From Acidobacteriota bacterium (GTDB lineage: Bacteria > Acidobacteriota > Thermoanaerobaculia > Multivoradales > JAHEKO01), in assembly GCA_027296385.1 (NCBI GenBank), contig JAPUJD010000160.1, forward strand, positions 1 to 34,977: a stretch of 34,977 nucleotides of DNA, read 5' to 3'. Below, in pieces: positions 31,242 to 34,977 of this stretch (positions within the stretch are counted from its first letter, which is position 1; every line of letters starts with the position of its first letter). The notes under the pieces were generated by a model. It saw only the letters and a program-made list of their open reading frames with translations, made no database searches and had not been told where the DNA came from. A program made the position numbers and the translations under genes.

Positions 31242-31506
31242 AGAACCCTCGTGGGCCGCGTTACGAGCGCCGTGGCAGTCGCAGCTAGGCGCCGCGACGC
31301 AGGCGATGCCGTAGTATCGTCGAGGCGCGGCAACAACGCTGCGGCGGCCACGCCGCCGTAACCCGAAGGGCGACAAGGGGTTGGGGTGCGTCTCCGGCGT
31401 TGTTCGTCGTCGCCGATGCTACGGCATCGACTCCTCCTCGCGCCTTGGATACGCACCCCAAGCCCTTGTCGCGCGACCCGCGAGGGTTTTTCAGCAAGCC
31501 CCTAGG
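31226..31506 (+). repeat. 281-nt intergenic inverted-repeat / highly structured element of unknown function
   Basis: 31226-31255 pairs with 31477-31506 over 30 consecutive positions: 28 Watson-Crick plus g31243/t31489 and t31252/g31480. Internal pairings are 31370-31391 with 31451-31472 (21 of 22) and 31304-31319 with 31414-31429 (15 Watson-Crick plus one T/G). All were verified base by base. Confidence 0.7.
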
Positions 31507-31521
31507 AAAGGAAACCTGAGC

Positions 31522-33342
<1,821 letters not shown>

Positions 33343-33433
33343 GCCCACCCCCGGCCGACGGGATAGAATCTCCTGTCCGGGGTCGTCTCGATCGTGTCCC
33401 GAACGACCATGTCTCGCAGTTCGAGGAGTCTCC

Positions 33434-34977
33434 TTGAAGCCCGATCCGATCGTCAAGTTGAACCCTGACAAGCGCGTTCTCTTTCTCACCAAGGATCCCG
33501 ACCTGGTTCGTCGTCAACTGACGGGCGAGGTGAACCTGACGATGGCGGACTTGACGGTCGACGATCTGCTCGACGACATCAACACCGATGCCATGACGCC
33601 GGCCTGGGTGTGCTTCAGCTACCGGCCGGAGGATCTGGCGCTCGACGCCTACGCCGGGCTCATCGTCGACGGCGAGCGCCTGTTCGAGCACGAGGCTCTA
33701 GCGCGCGGCAACTTCGAGGTCATCGTCTCAGGTCTGCGCAAGGGGGTCGGCAGCTCCCGCGAGACCGCCGTTCAGGCAGAGAAATGGTCAGGGATCAGGA
33801 TCGCGATCGCCGCCTCTTTCGCACCGATTCACGCCGCCAACAACATCAACCAGGGCATACTGATGGCCGATCACGCAGTACTCGAACGGCTGCAGGGCGG
33901 CGCGGGCGTGCCGCTCGAAGAGTTCTACCGTGACTACGATTCGATAACGCAGCTCATCGTCCAGGAAGGCGGATTGTTTCCCTTTGCCAAGGGCGTCGCC
34001 GACGGTGAAGTCGAGCTCCCGGTCCCCGACACCTCCGAGCGCCCACTGACGATGGCGGAGAAGATCCTCGCGCGTCACCAGGTCGGGGAGGGCAGCGGCT
34101 TCGTCAAGCCTGGCGACTCCCTGGTGGTCTCGGTCGACGGCGGCTACTCCCACGAGTTCACGACCGCTCAGGTACACCACTTCCTCCAAGAGCAGTACGG
34201 CGCGGACTACACGATCGCCAGGGCGGAGAACTTCGCCGTCTTCGAGGACCATTTGATCTACGCCGACGACGTCCCGAAGATGCGCGTTTTCATGGACAAG
34301 ATCGAGATCCTGCGCCGCATGCAGCGCGAGTTCCAGCGTCACACGGGCGTGCAGGATTTCTCGGCACGCGAAGGAGTGTCCCCCGGGATCTGCCACGAAA
34401 TCGCGCGCGAGCAGCTGATCTCCCCAGGTCAGTTCATCCTCGCCACCGACTCCCACACCTGCATGGGTGGCTGCAACAACGCACTGACCTGGGGCGTCGG
34501 CGCCACGGAGTATGCGAGCCTCGTGCATTCGGGCTTCGCTACCGTGGAAGTGCCCGAGTCGATCCGTTTCGAGCTCGAGGGCAGCCTGCCGACGGGGGTC
34601 ACGGCCAAGGACGTGATGCTCCACATCCTGCTCGAGTACGCGCGGCCGCAGCTCACCCTGAAGCGAGTCATGGAATTCACCGGGCCTGGCCTGGCGACGC
34701 TGTCGATGGACGAGAGGGCGACGCTCACCAACATGGCCACCGAGTGCGCAGCACGAGGCGCCATTGTCGAAGCCGACGAGGCGACCTATGCCTGGATCGG
34801 CGAGCGCCGACCCGACGCCGACCTCGCCCGGCTGAGGCGGGAGTCGGTGACGCCCGATCCGGGGGCCGAGTACGCCGGCGGCGTGCATCGCATCGACCTG
34901 GCGGCCCTGCGACCGATGGTCGCCCATCCGGGTGATCCCGATCATGGCATTCCGTCGGATCCGACGAACGGTGCCTA
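33434..34977 (+). CDS. Aconitase-superfamily hydro-lyase with the swivel (LeuD-like) domain at the N-terminus; 3' end cut by window edge
   Basis: Absent from the ORF track because it runs off the window. The TTG start at 33434 lies 5 nt after a GAGGAG Shine-Dalgarno. My translation gives a LeuD-like block (DDINTDAMTPAW..GNFEVIVSGLRKGVGSSRETAVQAEKWSGIRIAIAASFAPIHAANNINQGIL). A LeuC/aconitase catalytic region follows (PLTMAEKILARH..KPGDSLVVSVD..ILATDSHTCMGG..DERATLTNMATECAARGAIVEAD). Confidence 0.8.
   Translation, partial: MKPDPIVKLNPDKRVLFLTKDPDLVRRQLTGEVNLTMADLTVDDLLDDINTDAMTPAWVCFSYRPEDLALDAYAGLIVDGERLFEHEALARGNFEVIVSGLRKGVGSSRETAVQAEKWSGIRIAIAASFAPIHAANNINQGILMADHAVLERLQGGAGVPLEEFYRDYDSITQLIVQEGGLFPFAKGVADGEVELPVPDTSERPLTMAEKILARHQVGEGSGFVKPGDSLVVSVDGGYSHEFTTAQVHHFLQEQYGADYTIARAENFAVFEDHLIYADDVPKMRVFMDKIEILRRMQREFQRHTGVQDFSAREGVSPGICHEIAREQLISPGQFILATDSHTCMGGCNNALTWGVGATEYASLVHSGFATVEVPESIRFELEGSLPTGVTAKDVMLHILLEYARPQLTLKRVMEFTGPGLATLSMDERATLTNMATECAARGAIVEADEATYAWIGERRPDADLARLRRESVTPDPGAEYAGGVHRIDLAALRPMVAHPGDPDHGIPSDPTNGA

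Noticed and set aside
31383-31459. 77-nt segment with a 9-bp terminal stem (ggggtgcgt/acgcacccc), which is tRNA-sized.
   Set aside because: Threading it onto the cloverleaf gives no GTTCRANYC T-loop, no D-loop consensus, and no sensible D or anticodon stems. I treat it as part of the larger structured element instead.
31381-31521. In-frame 47-aa upstream extension (TTG start) of the M2 peptidase ORF across the structured intergenic region.
   Set aside because: The extension is Arg-rich with no signal-peptide character. A canonical lipoprotein signal begins at ATG 31522, preceded by an AGGAAAGGA ribosome-binding region.
33349-33382. Stem ccccgg/ccgggg with a 22-nt loop downstream of the M2 peptidase stop, considered as an intrinsic terminator.
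   Set aside because: The stem is only 6 bp, the loop is large, and no T-rich tract follows.

Overview
This is a GC-rich bacterial chromosomal window. It is almost fully coding and is dominated by conserved housekeeping operons, most on the + strand.

Gene order:
- The 5' part of mglA (minus strand).
- The hrcA-grpE-dnaK-dnaJ-rsmE heat-shock operon.
- A PilT-family ATPase, then recX-alaS.
- An SLT lytic transglycosylase, pgsA, and an MMPL/RND exporter whose stop codon overlaps the ffh start codon.
- The classic ffh-rpsP-KH-rimM-trmD-rplS-rnhB cluster.
- A large TPR protein with an acidic linker, followed by an unknown membrane-anchored protein.
- An NAD-type isocitrate dehydrogenase and a shortened rarA.
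- A run of exported enzymes (S9 peptidase, PhoD-like phosphatase, DsbD, ACE-like M2 peptidase) interleaved with a class I aminotransferase.
- A domain-permuted aconitase-family gene cut by the window edge.

I found no rRNA or tRNA genes, CRISPR arrays, integrases, transposases, or recognisable defence or toxin modules. I cannot support a claim of a novel multi-gene system in this window.

The most unusual signals are:
1. A 281-nt intergenic element (31226-31506) closed by a 30-bp inverted repeat. Its only non-Watson-Crick positions are G-U compatible on the + strand.
2. A rarA gene that appears to have lost its whole C-terminal MgsA_C domain in frame.

Lineage cannot be fixed by eye. MglA plus PilT plus high GC fits Acidobacteriota- or Myxococcota-like organisms, but that is a guess. 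All homology calls come from motif recognition in the supplied translations, not from database searches.
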